Assembly (NCBI GenBank): GCA_965238005.1
Contig: OZ250165.1
Coordinates: 992,001 to 1,056,000 of the forward strand
Source: Longimicrobiales bacterium
Lineage (GTDB): Bacteria; Gemmatimonadota; Gemmatimonadetes; Longimicrobiales; Gaopeijiaceae
Length of the DNA stretch: 64,000 nt
Direction: 5' to 3'
Each line of letters starts with the position of its first letter. Positions within the stretch are counted from its first letter, which is position 1. Positions 19,646 through 29,441 of this stretch are shown piece after piece. The notes below the pieces were generated by a model that did not search any database, was not told where the DNA came from, and was given only the letters and a program-made list of their open reading frames with translations. Position numbers and translations under genes: made by a program.

Positions 19646-20773
19646 CTAGGTCAGGTGGCTGCTGCTGGCTCCGGCATGCGTCCACTCCGTTTCGGTGACG
19701 CGAGGCTCTTCCACACTGAGGTCGCCGCCGGCAACCGCCTTGCCCGCCTCGCGCCAGGCTGCGGTCCCACCTTTGACACTCGCCACCTGCCCGATGCCCA
19801 TCTGCACCAGAAACTGGGCAGCCCGGAGTGAACGCATCCCGCCTTGGCATATGGTGATCACGAGGCGGTCCCGCGGCACCTCGTCCAGCCGTGAGGCCAG
19901 GTCTGCCTGGGGAATGTTAATCGCGTCGGGCACGTGTCCGTGTTGGTACTCCTCTGGTTCGCGCACGTCCAACATGAGCGCTTCTGGTGGACGAGTTTCC
20001 AATACATCGATACTGATCTCGTTGACCGCAGGGTTGGTAGCCAACATGGCCCACGGCACGTCGGCAACACCCCGGTTGGTCGCCTCAATAGCAGTCATGT
20101 TCAGAGGCCGGGCGGGTACGGTGTCCAAGAGGGTTGCAACAAAGGCATCGCGATTCAGGCGGGCCAATGGGTTGTACAGCCGCTCAAAGCCGATGGTGGT
20201 GTTGGGTCGGCCACACATCCCTCTGCCACATGGTCCCTCAAAGTGACCGGGGAAGACCGCCACCCAGTCAGGCAGCTCGAGCAAGCGAATCACGCTGTTA
20301 TACTGAGCAGTGGCATCACCGCCCCCAAAGTCGGGCCGGCCGACGTCACCGACAAGCAGCGAATCACCCGTCAGCACCATCGACGGCTCCGGGCTGCGGG
20401 GCGGGTTAATGATCAGGACCGAGATCAGCTCCTGGCGATGCCCGGGCGTGTGCATCACGCGTAAACGCAGCTGCCCCATCACCAGCTCTTCTCCGTCCTT
20501 GAGTGGCCGAAACGGATAGACGACCTGTGCCGACTCGTGCAGGCACAACTCGGCCCCATGGTCCGCCGGAAGCTTGCGCGCTCCCGACACGTGGTCCGCG
20601 TGCACGTGCGTATCGATCACGTAGCGCAACTGAAAGTTGCGCTCGCGCAACAGTTCTTCGTACTGCTGCGTCTCGATTGACGGATCGACGATCGCCGCCT
20701 CCTGCGACTGCCGAGACGCTACCAGATAGGACGCGCAACCACACCGTTCATCGAGGCTCTGCTTAAAATACAT
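19646..20773 (-). CDS. MBL-fold persulfide dioxygenase-rhodanese fusion
   Basis: DTHVHADH, GDVGRPD, DVREPEEY..GHVP, CQGGMRS. Confidence 0.9.
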   Translation of the reverse strand: MYFKQSLDERCGCASYLVASRQSQEAAIVDPSIETQQYEELLRERNFQLRYVIDTHVHADHVSGARKLPADHGAELCLHESAQVVYPFRPLKDGEELVMGQLRLRVMHTPGHRQELISVLIINPPRSPEPSMVLTGDSLLVGDVGRPDFGGGDATAQYNSVIRLLELPDWVAVFPGHFEGPCGRGMCGRPNTTIGFERLYNPLARLNRDAFVATLLDTVPARPLNMTAIEATNRGVADVPWAMLATNPAVNEISIDVLETRPPEALMLDVREPEEYQHGHVPDAINIPQADLASRLDEVPRDRLVITICQGGMRSLRAAQFLVQMGIGQVASVKGGTAAWREAGKAVAGGDLSVEEPRVTETEWTHAGASSSHLT

Positions 20774-20960
20774 TGCTCTATCTCCTAGCTTGAATCGCTA
20801 GCTATCGAGAAGGCGTCCGTCGCCAAAAGTTTCTGAGGTGGACTAAAAACTGCAAACCTGGCCGTTTCAATCGGGCTATGATCTGATACCGTTGAGCGAG
20901 ATCAGGGTCGGCGCTGCTCGACCTTGAGAGCCGATTCCACTCGTCTGAGTTCCCAAGAAG

Positions 20961-20984
20961 GTTACCTATCAGTGGCGCTGTACA
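20961..20984 (+). mobile_element. Solo IS481-type terminal repeat
   Basis: GTTACCTATCAGTGGCGCTGTACA; 15 nt identical to the reverse complement of 46100-46114. Confidence 0.6.
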
Positions 20985-21188
20985 GCGTACCGTTCGTTAC
21001 CGTCACCGTCTGTTGCACGCTAGAACCGAAGTTCAGATCGATCTCACCCAAGTCCAGCGCCGGCGCGCTCACTCCGATGTCGGGGAAGGGCTCGGGACCT
21101 GACGGATCGTCGTCGTCGCAGCCCACGGCCAGTGCGGAGATCAGCAGCCAGGCGGATACGCGACGTACAATGGTTGGGTCGATCATGA
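20985..21188 (-). pseudogene. Truncated lipoprotein
   Basis: AVGC lipobox; Ig-like start cut at the IS end. Confidence 0.55.
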
Positions 21189-21245
21189 TCTCACCTCTCT
21201 CGATGATTGGCTTTGTCAGTGGATTCTGGTACATGACTCGCCCCC

Positions 21246-21980
21246 TCATTGGCGGATGCTGGTGGTCGCCCATGCGAAGAACGTGTCCGAGAGTCCGATT
21301 CCCAGTGCTCCGGCCACCATCGACTTGGGCATCTCCACGACGATCGCCAGGACGTTCAGGCCCGCGAGGTCGTCCATGCCGGGGTCCGCGAACGAGAGCG
21401 TCTGCTCGTCGGCGCTTCCGACCAGCTCGCCCAGAACGCCGGAGAACACGGCATTGAGCACGCTCGTGAGGCTCTTGTCGCCGAACAGATCGATGAAGAA
21501 GGGGTCGTCACGCGGCCCCGCGAACACGGTCATGCCTTGGGCCGAGAAGGTCGTGTTGAATGCGCCTCGAGCCGACGGGGCGGCCGCGAGCATGTTGTTG
21601 GCGGTTCCGATCACTGCGGCCGGGACGGGGCCTCGCACGTCGACCATCTGGCCCGTGCCCTCTCCCGAGACCAGGATCTGGATCACCGCGTCCTCGATTC
21701 CGTCGCGCTCCCGGTCGAGCTTGAACTGGTACAGACCGCTCGGGTTGAAGGCGGCGCCCGACGTGGACTCACCCGGCGTGAGCAGTGGGCTTACGGTCAT
21801 CGCGAAGACGACGTTGTCCCCCTGGTTGAAGACGTAGAGGTCGTTTACGTCGAGATTGCCCTCTGAGGTGTCGGGTGAGTCGGCGTGGTCCGCCGCCCGG
21901 ATCACCACGTGTCCGGCGAGCAACCCCACGACCGCAAGAGCGGTCACGAGGGCCCGGTGTCGACTTTCAGATTTGGTCAT
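21246..21980 (-). CDS. DUF4331-family secreted protein
   Basis: AADHADSP, DLYVF, FAGPRDDPFF. Confidence 0.85.
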   Translation of the reverse strand: MTKSESRHRALVTALAVVGLLAGHVVIRAADHADSPDTSEGNLDVNDLYVFNQGDNVVFAMTVSPLLTPGESTSGAAFNPSGLYQFKLDRERDGIEDAVIQILVSGEGTGQMVDVRGPVPAAVIGTANNMLAAAPSARGAFNTTFSAQGMTVFAGPRDDPFFIDLFGDKSLTSVLNAVFSGVLGELVGSADEQTLSFADPGMDDLAGLNVLAIVVEMPKSMVAGALGIGLSDTFFAWATTSIRQ

Positions 21981-22119
21981 TTGGATCCAACCCTTTCCAT
22001 GCGAAGAACTAAAAACGGGCGCGAGACTTCATCGTCTCTACGCCCGTCGCCGCGAGTCGGATTGGTCTGGTGTGTGGAGAGAGCTCGGGGAGTCGCGGGA
22101 TCGCCGCCCCGTCCTCAGA

Positions 22120-22899
22120 TCAGGGCGCCGCGGACCATGCGCCGACCAGGAACGGTGTGGACGTCGGCTGGGGCGATCCGCCGGCGGGCTCCTCGGTGAC
22201 GGCCCCGAGCTCGAACTCGAAGCCTTCCGGCACCGGGCTTCGGAAGATCGCCGTCCCGTCGGCTCTCGTCTGGAAGGTGCCGAGGCTCACCGGGTCGAGG
22301 CCGGTCACGATCCCCCAGAGCTGATAGGTGCGGCCTGCCGGGGCCGGCGGTAGGTCGAACGCCGCCACCACCACCGAGCTGATGGTGGTGTTCCAGAACA
22401 GACGGGCGGACGGGGGTCGACCGGTGGCCGCCAGCGTCGCCGTTCGCACGTCGGGCCCGAGGAACGTCGCGAGGAGGGAATCGCGGGCTTCGAGATCGGA
22501 TGCCACCCGGTCGTAGGCGACTCGCAGCGTGGCGTTCTCCGTTCGCATCCGCTGATAGGCCGTCCCGAGACCCAGACTGACGATGACTCCGGCCGCCGCG
22601 AGCAGCCAGGGGAGCGCCGTCCCCCGCCCTTTCGATCCCCTCGGGCCCTGCTGCGCAGGCGATGGCGGTGACGCCGGTCGGCCTCGGGCCTCGACCAGAA
22701 TGCGCTCCTTCAGCGCCGCGGGCGGCTCGCGGGCGGGCGTCGCCCCGGCAAGGGCGCCCATGACTTCCCGATAGGACTCTACATCGCGCTCGAGCTCGGG
22801 ATCTGAGGCGAGGTGCTGCTCGAACGAGGCCAGCTCCTCGGGATCCAACGAGCCCAGGACGTAGGCCGCGGCCATCTCCGTCCAATCCCTCGGGCTCAC
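22120..22899 (-). CDS. RskA-like anti-sigma factor
   Basis: AAYVLGSL, YQLW, AVTEEPAGGSPQPT. Confidence 0.9.
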   Translation of the reverse strand: MSPRDWTEMAAAYVLGSLDPEELASFEQHLASDPELERDVESYREVMGALAGATPAREPPAALKERILVEARGRPASPPSPAQQGPRGSKGRGTALPWLLAAAGVIVSLGLGTAYQRMRTENATLRVAYDRVASDLEARDSLLATFLGPDVRTATLAATGRPPSARLFWNTTISSVVVAAFDLPPAPAGRTYQLWGIVTGLDPVSLGTFQTRADGTAIFRSPVPEGFEFELGAVTEEPAGGSPQPTSTPFLVGAWSAAP

Positions 22900-23501
22900 G
22901 ATTCCACCTCCGGGGCGTGGGGGGAGAGAGCCTCACGGAGCTTCTGCATTCCAGTGCGCACACGCGTCTTCACAGTACCCAGCGGCTCGGAGAGTCGAGC
23001 CGCGATCTCGGTCTGGCTGTAGCCGCCAAAGTAGGCGAGCAAGATGACCTCCCTCTGGGACTCCGGCAGCGCGTCGAGCGCCAGGCGCACGACGGCACCC
23101 GTTTCCCGGAGCTCGAACGCGCGATCCGGGGCTGGATCCGAAGCCGACAGGGTGACGGCCAGCCCGCTCTCGCTCCCGGCGGCAGCCCGGTCCTCCGCCG
23201 CGCCACGCCGCCGCCGGGCCCGCACCACGTCGAGCGCCCGGCTTCTGGTCACGACGGCGAGAAACGCTCCGACGGAGGCCCGACCCCGATCGTACTGGGG
23301 GGCCCCGCGCCAGATCTGCAGGAACGCGTCGGCCACGACCTCCTCCGCGTCCGCCGGCTCAGAGACGATGGATCTGGCGAGCGAGTACATCACCGCACCG
23401 TGGCGATCGTAGAGCTCGCCCAAGGCCCGATCGTGTCCCCCTCCGATCCGCTCCATCAAGTCGAGATCCGTCCCGCCTGCGTTCAACGTGCTAGTCGACA
23501 T
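22896..23501 (-). CDS. SigK-like ECF sigma factor
   Basis: LAYFGGYSQTEIA...PLGTVKTRVRTG. Confidence 0.9.
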   Translation of the reverse strand: MSTSTLNAGGTDLDLMERIGGGHDRALGELYDRHGAVMYSLARSIVSEPADAEEVVADAFLQIWRGAPQYDRGRASVGAFLAVVTRSRALDVVRARRRRGAAEDRAAAGSESGLAVTLSASDPAPDRAFELRETGAVVRLALDALPESQREVILLAYFGGYSQTEIAARLSEPLGTVKTRVRTGMQKLREALSPHAPEVES

Positions 23502-23946
23502 GGCTCGCTGGAAGCTGCAGGCACCATCTGCGGACCCTCCGTCCAGACACCAGGCCGTGCGGGAAGCGCGCGGCGGTCTCTCGGTAGGCCGGTCCCGGGC
23601 CGGAACGAGTGTGTGACGCTGGGTCCCGAGCTCGGCTCCCCACAATGTCTCGGCCGCCTCGGAAAATGCAAGCGTCAGGTCCATGGCCCCCTCCACGAAA
23701 AGCTCGCTGGTGCAGTGTGCGCCGCCAATGGGATACGGCCATCGACGGACATTGGATTGGGGAGGTGACCCGAGCTGGTTCTACTGCAACAGTCTGTTGA
23801 TGACGTGTTTTGCGGCCACGTCCGCCCAGACGCCATCTGTGGGCACTTCCTCGAGCCAGGCAGCTGCCAACTCCGAGAATCGAGGTTGCTGGTTCATCCG
23901 TTCTTTTGTGTCATCTAGATTGGCCATGACTGCCCCCCTGACGCCC

Positions 23947-24696
23947 TTAACGATAATCCGGATTAGCGAAATCGAACCTGCAACCTGCGTCCCACGCCGA
24001 ACGCTGATTGCCATGGGCTGGAATCCCACCGGCGTCTTTGATCATACGTGCCAGGTGGAGCATGTTCCATGTCATGAAGGTTGTGTTGCGATTAGTGAAC
24101 TCGTTTTCCGGACCGCCTGATCCAGCGTCGAGGTACGAGGGTCCGGGGCCCGCTTCACCGAGCCAGCCCGCATCAGCCTGGGGTGGGATGACGAAGCCAA
24201 GATGTTGCAGTGAGTACAGAATGTTCATCGAGCAATGCTTGGCACCATCCTCGTTGCCTGTGATCAGGCAGCCACCGACGCGACCGTAGTAGGCGTACTG
24301 CCCGTCGCTGTTGAGCTGTCCGGATGCCGCGTACAGTCGTTCGATCACCTTGGTACAAACCGATGATTTCTCGCCCAGCCAGATGGGTGAGGTAATGACG
24401 AGGATCTCCGACCTCATCACCTTAGCGAGAATGGCGGGCCACGCATCGTCTTCCCAGCCATGTTCGGTCATATCCGGCCAGACGCCGTAGGCGATGTCAT
24501 AATCCACCGCACGCAGCACGTCTACGGATACGCCGATTTTCTCGAGGATGGCCCTGGAGATATCGATTAGCCCCTGCGTATGCGAGAGCTCTGGTGAGCA
24601 CTTCAATGTACAGTTGATGAATAACGCCCTCAGATCCGAGAAATCCCATTTGCTTGTCGAACACATTTCCAGTTGCTTGTCGTTCAACGTTGCCAT
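23947..24696 (-). CDS. Flavodoxin-fold NAD(P)H-dependent oxidoreductase
   Basis: NCTLK.SP..SHT, SPIWLG, GNEDG. Confidence 0.85.
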   Translation of the reverse strand: MATLNDKQLEMCSTSKWDFSDLRALFINCTLKCSPELSHTQGLIDISRAILEKIGVSVDVLRAVDYDIAYGVWPDMTEHGWEDDAWPAILAKVMRSEILVITSPIWLGEKSSVCTKVIERLYAASGQLNSDGQYAYYGRVGGCLITGNEDGAKHCSMNILYSLQHLGFVIPPQADAGWLGEAGPGPSYLDAGSGGPENEFTNRNTTFMTWNMLHLARMIKDAGGIPAHGNQRSAWDAGCRFDFANPDYR

Positions 24697-24846
24697 TTCG
24701 GTTCTCCTATTGTTGTCTGGGCGTCCCGGCGAAGGGCTTGTCACTCACTCTCGTTTGCCAGCCCTGCTTCCTCGAGGACCAACAGAACAACCAGGACGGA
24801 AGCTAGCCCGCGCGGTCCGAAACAACCAAGGAATTCAGACTCCGAC

Positions 24847-25509
24847 ATGACCCGCCGTACCAACCACCTGCCGGCCGACCTGTACACGTACCTGCTCGAG
24901 CACTCGGTCCGTGAGTCTGACGTGATGCGGCGGCTCAGGGAGGAGACCGCGACGCTCGCGAACTCCAACATGCAGATCGGACCCGAGCAGGGGCAGTTCA
25001 TGGCCCTGCTGGTCGAGCTCATCGGTGCCGAAAACGCTCTCGAGGTGGGCACGTTCACGGGGTACAGCGCCTTGGCGGTGGCCTCCGCGCTGCCCGGGCA
25101 CGGGCGGCTCGTGACGTGTGACGTGAGTGAGGAGTGGACCTCGATCGCCCGGCGCTACTGGGATGAGGCGGGGGTCGGCCACAAGATCGACCTTCGGCTG
25201 GCCCCGGCCACCGAGACCCTGGCCGCACTCCTGGCCGAGGGCGGGGAGGGTCGCTTCGATTTCGCCTTCATCGACGCGGACAAGGAAGGGTACGACGCCT
25301 ACTATGAGAGCGCGCTCAGGCTCGTGCGGCCGGGTGGACTCATCGCCATCGACAACACCTTGTGGGAGGGCAAGGTGGTCGATCCTTCGGTGACGGACGC
25401 GGACAGCCGGGCGATTCGCCGCTTGAACAGCAAGCTGGCCACCGACGACCGGATCTCGCTGAGCTTGGTACCCATCGGGGACGGGTTGTCGCTTACCAGG
25501 GTCCGGTAA
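24847..25509 (+). CDS. Class I SAM-dependent O-methyltransferase (CCoAOMT-like)
   Basis: LEVGTFTGYS, FIDADK, DNTLW. Confidence 0.92.
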   Translation: MTRRTNHLPADLYTYLLEHSVRESDVMRRLREETATLANSNMQIGPEQGQFMALLVELIGAENALEVGTFTGYSALAVASALPGHGRLVTCDVSEEWTSIARRYWDEAGVGHKIDLRLAPATETLAALLAEGGEGRFDFAFIDADKEGYDAYYESALRLVRPGGLIAIDNTLWEGKVVDPSVTDADSRAIRRLNSKLATDDRISLSLVPIGDGLSLTRVR

Positions 25510-25594
25510 GCCGCGACGCCGCACAGGATCGACCGGGGAGGCGATCACCAGGGCGGCACCACTTCGTGCCGATCCGGCGCCCTCGAGGAGCACG

Positions 25595-25647
25595 GGAGTC
25601 CCTCTTCGGAGACGTATACGTATCTTTATATCGTGAGTATACGTACG
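25595..25647 (+). repeat. 53-bp dispersed repeat, copy A
   Basis: 48/53 identical to the reverse complement of 62648-62700. Confidence 0.85.
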
Positions 25648-25721
25648 ACTTGAGCAGCGACTCGAGGAGGCTCAGGACAAGCTGATCATCGCGGGGACCC
25701 GGCTCTTGCCTTCAATTCGTG

Positions 25722-25752
25722 GCCATAATACCATATAACCATAACACCATAT
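25722..25752 (+). promoter_or_regulatory. Putative TA operator (four CCATA direct repeats)
   Basis: CCATA repeated four times just upstream of the RHH antitoxin. Confidence 0.5.
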
Positions 25753-25778
25753 TGCACCGATCGCGACCGAAGGGTGGC

Positions 25779-26069
25779 ATGATCAAAATGACCTTCACGC
25801 TCGATGAGGACGCTGTGCGGCAACTCAACCGCGCCGCACTGCGCCTTTCCATGCCGAAGAGCCAGGTCGTGCGGGAGGCGCTGCGCGTATACGGCGAGGA
25901 GATCGGCCGTCTTTCCGAGGAAGAGCGTCAGAGCACGCTCGACCGATTCGACGAGGTAGTCCCGGTGATCCCGGACCGCCCGCGTGAAGAGGTGGAGCGA
26001 GAGCTGGCGGAGGTGCGGTCGTCCCGGCGGGGCGGAGGCCGCAAGACCGTGGCCGAGCCCGACTGTTGA
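25779..26069 (+). CDS. RHH/CopG antitoxin (VapB-like)
   Basis: KMTFTLDE...KSQVVREAL; overlaps the PIN gene. Confidence 0.8.
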   Translation: MIKMTFTLDEDAVRQLNRAALRLSMPKSQVVREALRVYGEEIGRLSEEERQSTLDRFDEVVPVIPDRPREEVERELAEVRSSRRGGGRKTVAEPDC

Positions 26070-26452
26070 TCGTGCTGGACACGTCGGTCCTCATCGAAGC
26101 GCTGGGTGCGGGAGGCACGCTGGCACCCGCGCTTCGCAGTGTCTTCGCGGAGGGCGAGCGTGTCGGCCTTCCCACCCTGGTCGCTTACGAATGGCTCCGG
26201 GGTCCCAGAATCCCCGAGGAGCTTGAGGCACAACAGGCGCTCTTGCCCCTGGAGGACACCGTGCCCTTCGGGCCGCACGAGGCCACCCTCGCCGCGCATC
26301 TCTACGGCGAGGTAGCCAGGCCTCGTGGGCGGGAGATCGATCTCGCGATCGCGGCGTGTGCGATCTCATGGGGCGCGTCGCTCTGGACGCTCAACGAGCG
26401 CGACTTCGCCGACATTCCGGGGCTGAAGCTCAGGCTCGCACCGGGAAGCTGA
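26066..26452 (+). CDS. vapC: PIN-domain toxin
   Basis: IVLDTSVLI, DLAIAA, LWTLNERDF. Confidence 0.9.
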   Translation: MIVLDTSVLIEALGAGGTLAPALRSVFAEGERVGLPTLVAYEWLRGPRIPEELEAQQALLPLEDTVPFGPHEATLAAHLYGEVARPRGREIDLAIAACAISWGASLWTLNERDFADIPGLKLRLAPGS

Positions 26453-26549
26453 GGGGCGGCTACGACGGAGCCTGCCCTAGGCCGTCGCACCGCCCGCGCA
26501 CCCGGCGATGACTCCGGCGGAGGCCATCCCGGCGGATGCCATACTCCGA

Positions 26550-27788
26550 CTACGTGGACATCCCCCGCGCCGCGATCCGCCAGACGGCCTCCACCCGGTC
26601 GTTCCGAATCGCATACATCTGGTCGTAGAGATTCACCACCGGGTCGCAGTGCGACACGATCAACTCGAGCTTGTCTCCGACACGGTACGTCCTCGAGGGG
26701 TCGTCGTAGCGGAGCGTTCCGAACTCGTCCGAGCCGGACGTGTAGCTCATCCCCGTCTCGCCTTTGACGATCGGCCATGGTCGATTGATCGTACACGCCT
26801 TGGCGCCCGCATCGGTCGTGACCCGTCCCTCGTACTGATCGTTGAGCACCGTCGTGAGGATCGTCAGAGAGGCCTGGAAGTCTGAGTACACCTCGGCGTC
26901 GGTCGCCCCACCGATCGCCATATACTGTGCATCCATGAAGACGTAGCTGCCCACTTGGACGTCGGTGATGCCCGGAGTCTCGTGGTCGATGTTGTATGTG
27001 CCGGTGCCCCCGCCACTGAAGATCTCCGTGTTCAGACCTGATCGCTGCATCAGGGCCAATGTCTCGGTGGCTGGCGCGAGTCGCTCGAGCGTCTGCGTCT
27101 TGCGGGCCTCGAACCCTTTCACATGCTGTGACCCGCCGTCGTAGCACAGCATGCCTCGCAGCCGGAGCCCAGGCAGCTGGTCGACCAACTGGGCCAATTC
27201 GAGAGCCGGCTCCCCCGCGTTGATGCCGGTGCGATGCCCCCCCGGGTCGACGTCGACCACGACGTCGGCCACTATGCCGGCGGCCTGCGCCGCCTCGGAC
27301 AGATCACGGGCGTTCCCAGGGGCATCGGTCGCCTGGACGAATCCGGGGCACCATTTCCTCAGACTCATCGCCCGGCTGATCTTGAACGGCGTCACATTGG
27401 TCGTCGTCAGGAGGATCTGGTCGATGCCATGCTCGAACATGGCTACCGCCTCGCTCACCTTGGCGGTGCAGATGCCGACCGACCCGCTCTCGACCTGGAG
27501 CCGGGCGATCGCGGGACATTTGTGGGTCTTCGCGTGAGGACGACTGGCTATGCCGTTACGCGAGACCGTCTGCTGCATCGTGGCCAGGTTGGCCTCGAGT
27601 GCATCGAGATCGACGCACAGAGCCGGTGTGTCGAGCTCCCATTTCGAAACGTCGAGCTCCATCACACCGGCCGAGCCGAGGGAGCGCATCTCGGCCGACG
27701 TGTACCCCTTCACCGACGTTGGAACCCAAATGGCTGCGGCACCGGCGCTCTGCAAGAAGCGGCGGCGGGACACGGAATTGCTGTTCAC
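26550..27788 (-). CDS. DSD1/D-threonine aldolase-family PLP enzyme with Tat signal
   Basis: RPHAKTHK, SGGGTGTY, SHCDPVVNLYD; N-terminal SRRRFLQ. Confidence 0.88.
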   Translation of the reverse strand: MNSNSVSRRRFLQSAGAAAIWVPTSVKGYTSAEMRSLGSAGVMELDVSKWELDTPALCVDLDALEANLATMQQTVSRNGIASRPHAKTHKCPAIARLQVESGSVGICTAKVSEAVAMFEHGIDQILLTTTNVTPFKISRAMSLRKWCPGFVQATDAPGNARDLSEAAQAAGIVADVVVDVDPGGHRTGINAGEPALELAQLVDQLPGLRLRGMLCYDGGSQHVKGFEARKTQTLERLAPATETLALMQRSGLNTEIFSGGGTGTYNIDHETPGITDVQVGSYVFMDAQYMAIGGATDAEVYSDFQASLTILTTVLNDQYEGRVTTDAGAKACTINRPWPIVKGETGMSYTSGSDEFGTLRYDDPSRTYRVGDKLELIVSHCDPVVNLYDQMYAIRNDRVEAVWRIAARGMST

Positions 27789-28149
27789 GGGACTTCTCCA
27801 GAAAGAAGCAATATCCTCCGTCTCGACGCGGCCGAGCGTCTTCACGTAGGCCGCAACACTCGAGACGCCGCTAGGATTGAGACCCGAGCGCGGCATCTCG
27901 GTACCACGGATGCTACGACGACCCGATGGATTCGACCAGGGATCTCTCCTGACGGTCGCCGCTCGGTCAGGAGGGGAAGGTGAGCCTCGACGACCGGCGA
28001 TTGGTGATGTTGATGTCGTTAGAGCCTTGCCCTCAGTGCGGCCAACGCCTGCCACGGGAAAGCCCCGATGAGCTGGCAGCTCACCGGGGCCACTGCAACG
28101 TCGCCAGATCCCTTACCGCCAGGCCTCGGACCAGGCGCGGGTTGGCTCC

Positions 28150-28620
28150 CTAGCTTGAAACGATACCGACCCTTGAGCGCTTCAGGTCTGGCTCCAGTAA
28201 GAGCTCGATCACTTGATCCGATTGCACCGAAAGCACTCTGGTCTCGATCCCGGCAGGCTCGAACACGCTCATTCCGAGACCGAACACTGGCAGGACCGGA
28301 TAGATCTTGAGCTGGACCGTGCCGTTTCCCCGGGCCAAGCCCGCGCGAATCGGCAGGTTCTTGACCGTCCAGCTGCCCACCCTGCCCACCAGGCGAAGGC
28401 GGTTGTGGGAATCGACCACGTACACGCTCACCGGGCGGGAGTGGTTGTTCACGACGTGGATCGTCGGGCCTGCCTCCGCGCCAGAGGCTACCACCCGCGG
28501 GACGACCCGGTCGAGTGTATCCGCATGAAGCGTCGTCGTCGCTACCGTAGCTACCAGCAGCGCCAACGCGGGCGTGATGCGTGAGATCATCTTCTTCATC
28601 CCCTTCATCATCCTTTTCAT
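28150..28620 (-). CDS. Secreted hypothetical protein
   Basis: Signal peptide; beta-rich mature region. Confidence 0.6.
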   Translation of the reverse strand: MKRMMKGMKKMISRITPALALLVATVATTTLHADTLDRVVPRVVASGAEAGPTIHVVNNHSRPVSVYVVDSHNRLRLVGRVGSWTVKNLPIRAGLARGNGTVQLKIYPVLPVFGLGMSVFEPAGIETRVLSVQSDQVIELLLEPDLKRSRVGIVSS

Positions 28621-28800
28621 CCTTGTCTAGAGTATTAGAGCGTCAGGACGCCTCGTCCTGTCGTTACCGAATGCTTCAGGCTGGCAATCGGGTTCCAAAG
28701 GCGAAGTGCGTCCGTCGCTGCATTGCGGTCCTCGCGATGTCGCACCAATCATTGACGTGCGCCGTTGGTACGATCCAGCGCTCCAGTCGTTGAGGGGATG

Positions 28801-29394
28801 ATGACACACGACGACCACTTACTCATGGGTTGCCTCCAGGCAGGCGACGAACAGGCCATGTCGGTGCTCCTGGCGGAGCATTGGACGTCGGTGGTGAACT
28901 ATGCTTTCGGGTTCGTGGGAAGCTGGGACAAGGCCGAGGACGTGGCCCAGGACGCGTTCGTACGCATCTGGGAGGGGAGGAAGAAGTGGTCGCGCGGCTC
29001 CTTGGGAGCCTTGGTTCACCGCATCGCCAGGAACGCGGCACTGGACGTGCTGAAGTCACCCCGCCATTCGGCCCCACGCGAAGATCCCGACACGCTCTCC
29101 AGTGAAGCCACTCCCGATCGGGACGTCGAGCTGTCCGAGCTGGATCAGGCGGTGGACAGCGCCATACGAGAGCTCCCCCCGCGTCGCAGGGAGATCTTCA
29201 AGCTGGTGCGGAAGAGCGGGTTCTCTTACGCAGAGATCGCCGAGATCATGGGGATATCCAAGCAGACCGTCGCCAATCACATGAGCCTGGCCCTTAGCGA
29301 TCTGAGGGTCATGCTTCGCCCCTTCCTGCCGGAGCCGGCAGCGGAGGGCCCGGCGTCGCACGACACCGACACGACTACCACAGGCGAGGCGTAG
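28801..29394 (+). CDS. FecI-like ECF sigma factor
   Basis: AEDVAQDAFVRIW; SYAEIAEIMGISKQTV. Confidence 0.9.
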   Translation: MTHDDHLLMGCLQAGDEQAMSVLLAEHWTSVVNYAFGFVGSWDKAEDVAQDAFVRIWEGRKKWSRGSLGALVHRIARNAALDVLKSPRHSAPREDPDTLSSEATPDRDVELSELDQAVDSAIRELPPRRREIFKLVRKSGFSYAEIAEIMGISKQTVANHMSLALSDLRVMLRPFLPEPAAEGPASHDTDTTTTGEA

Positions 29395-29441
29395 CAGGTG
29401 CCTTCACTGAATACATCCGGCCGCTAGGCGCGGAGGTCACT

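Noticed and set aside
19129..19698. Intact 189-aa MgtC protein
   Set aside because: Only the central ~80 aa are MgtC-like; the flanks derive from IS remnant and unrelated sequence.
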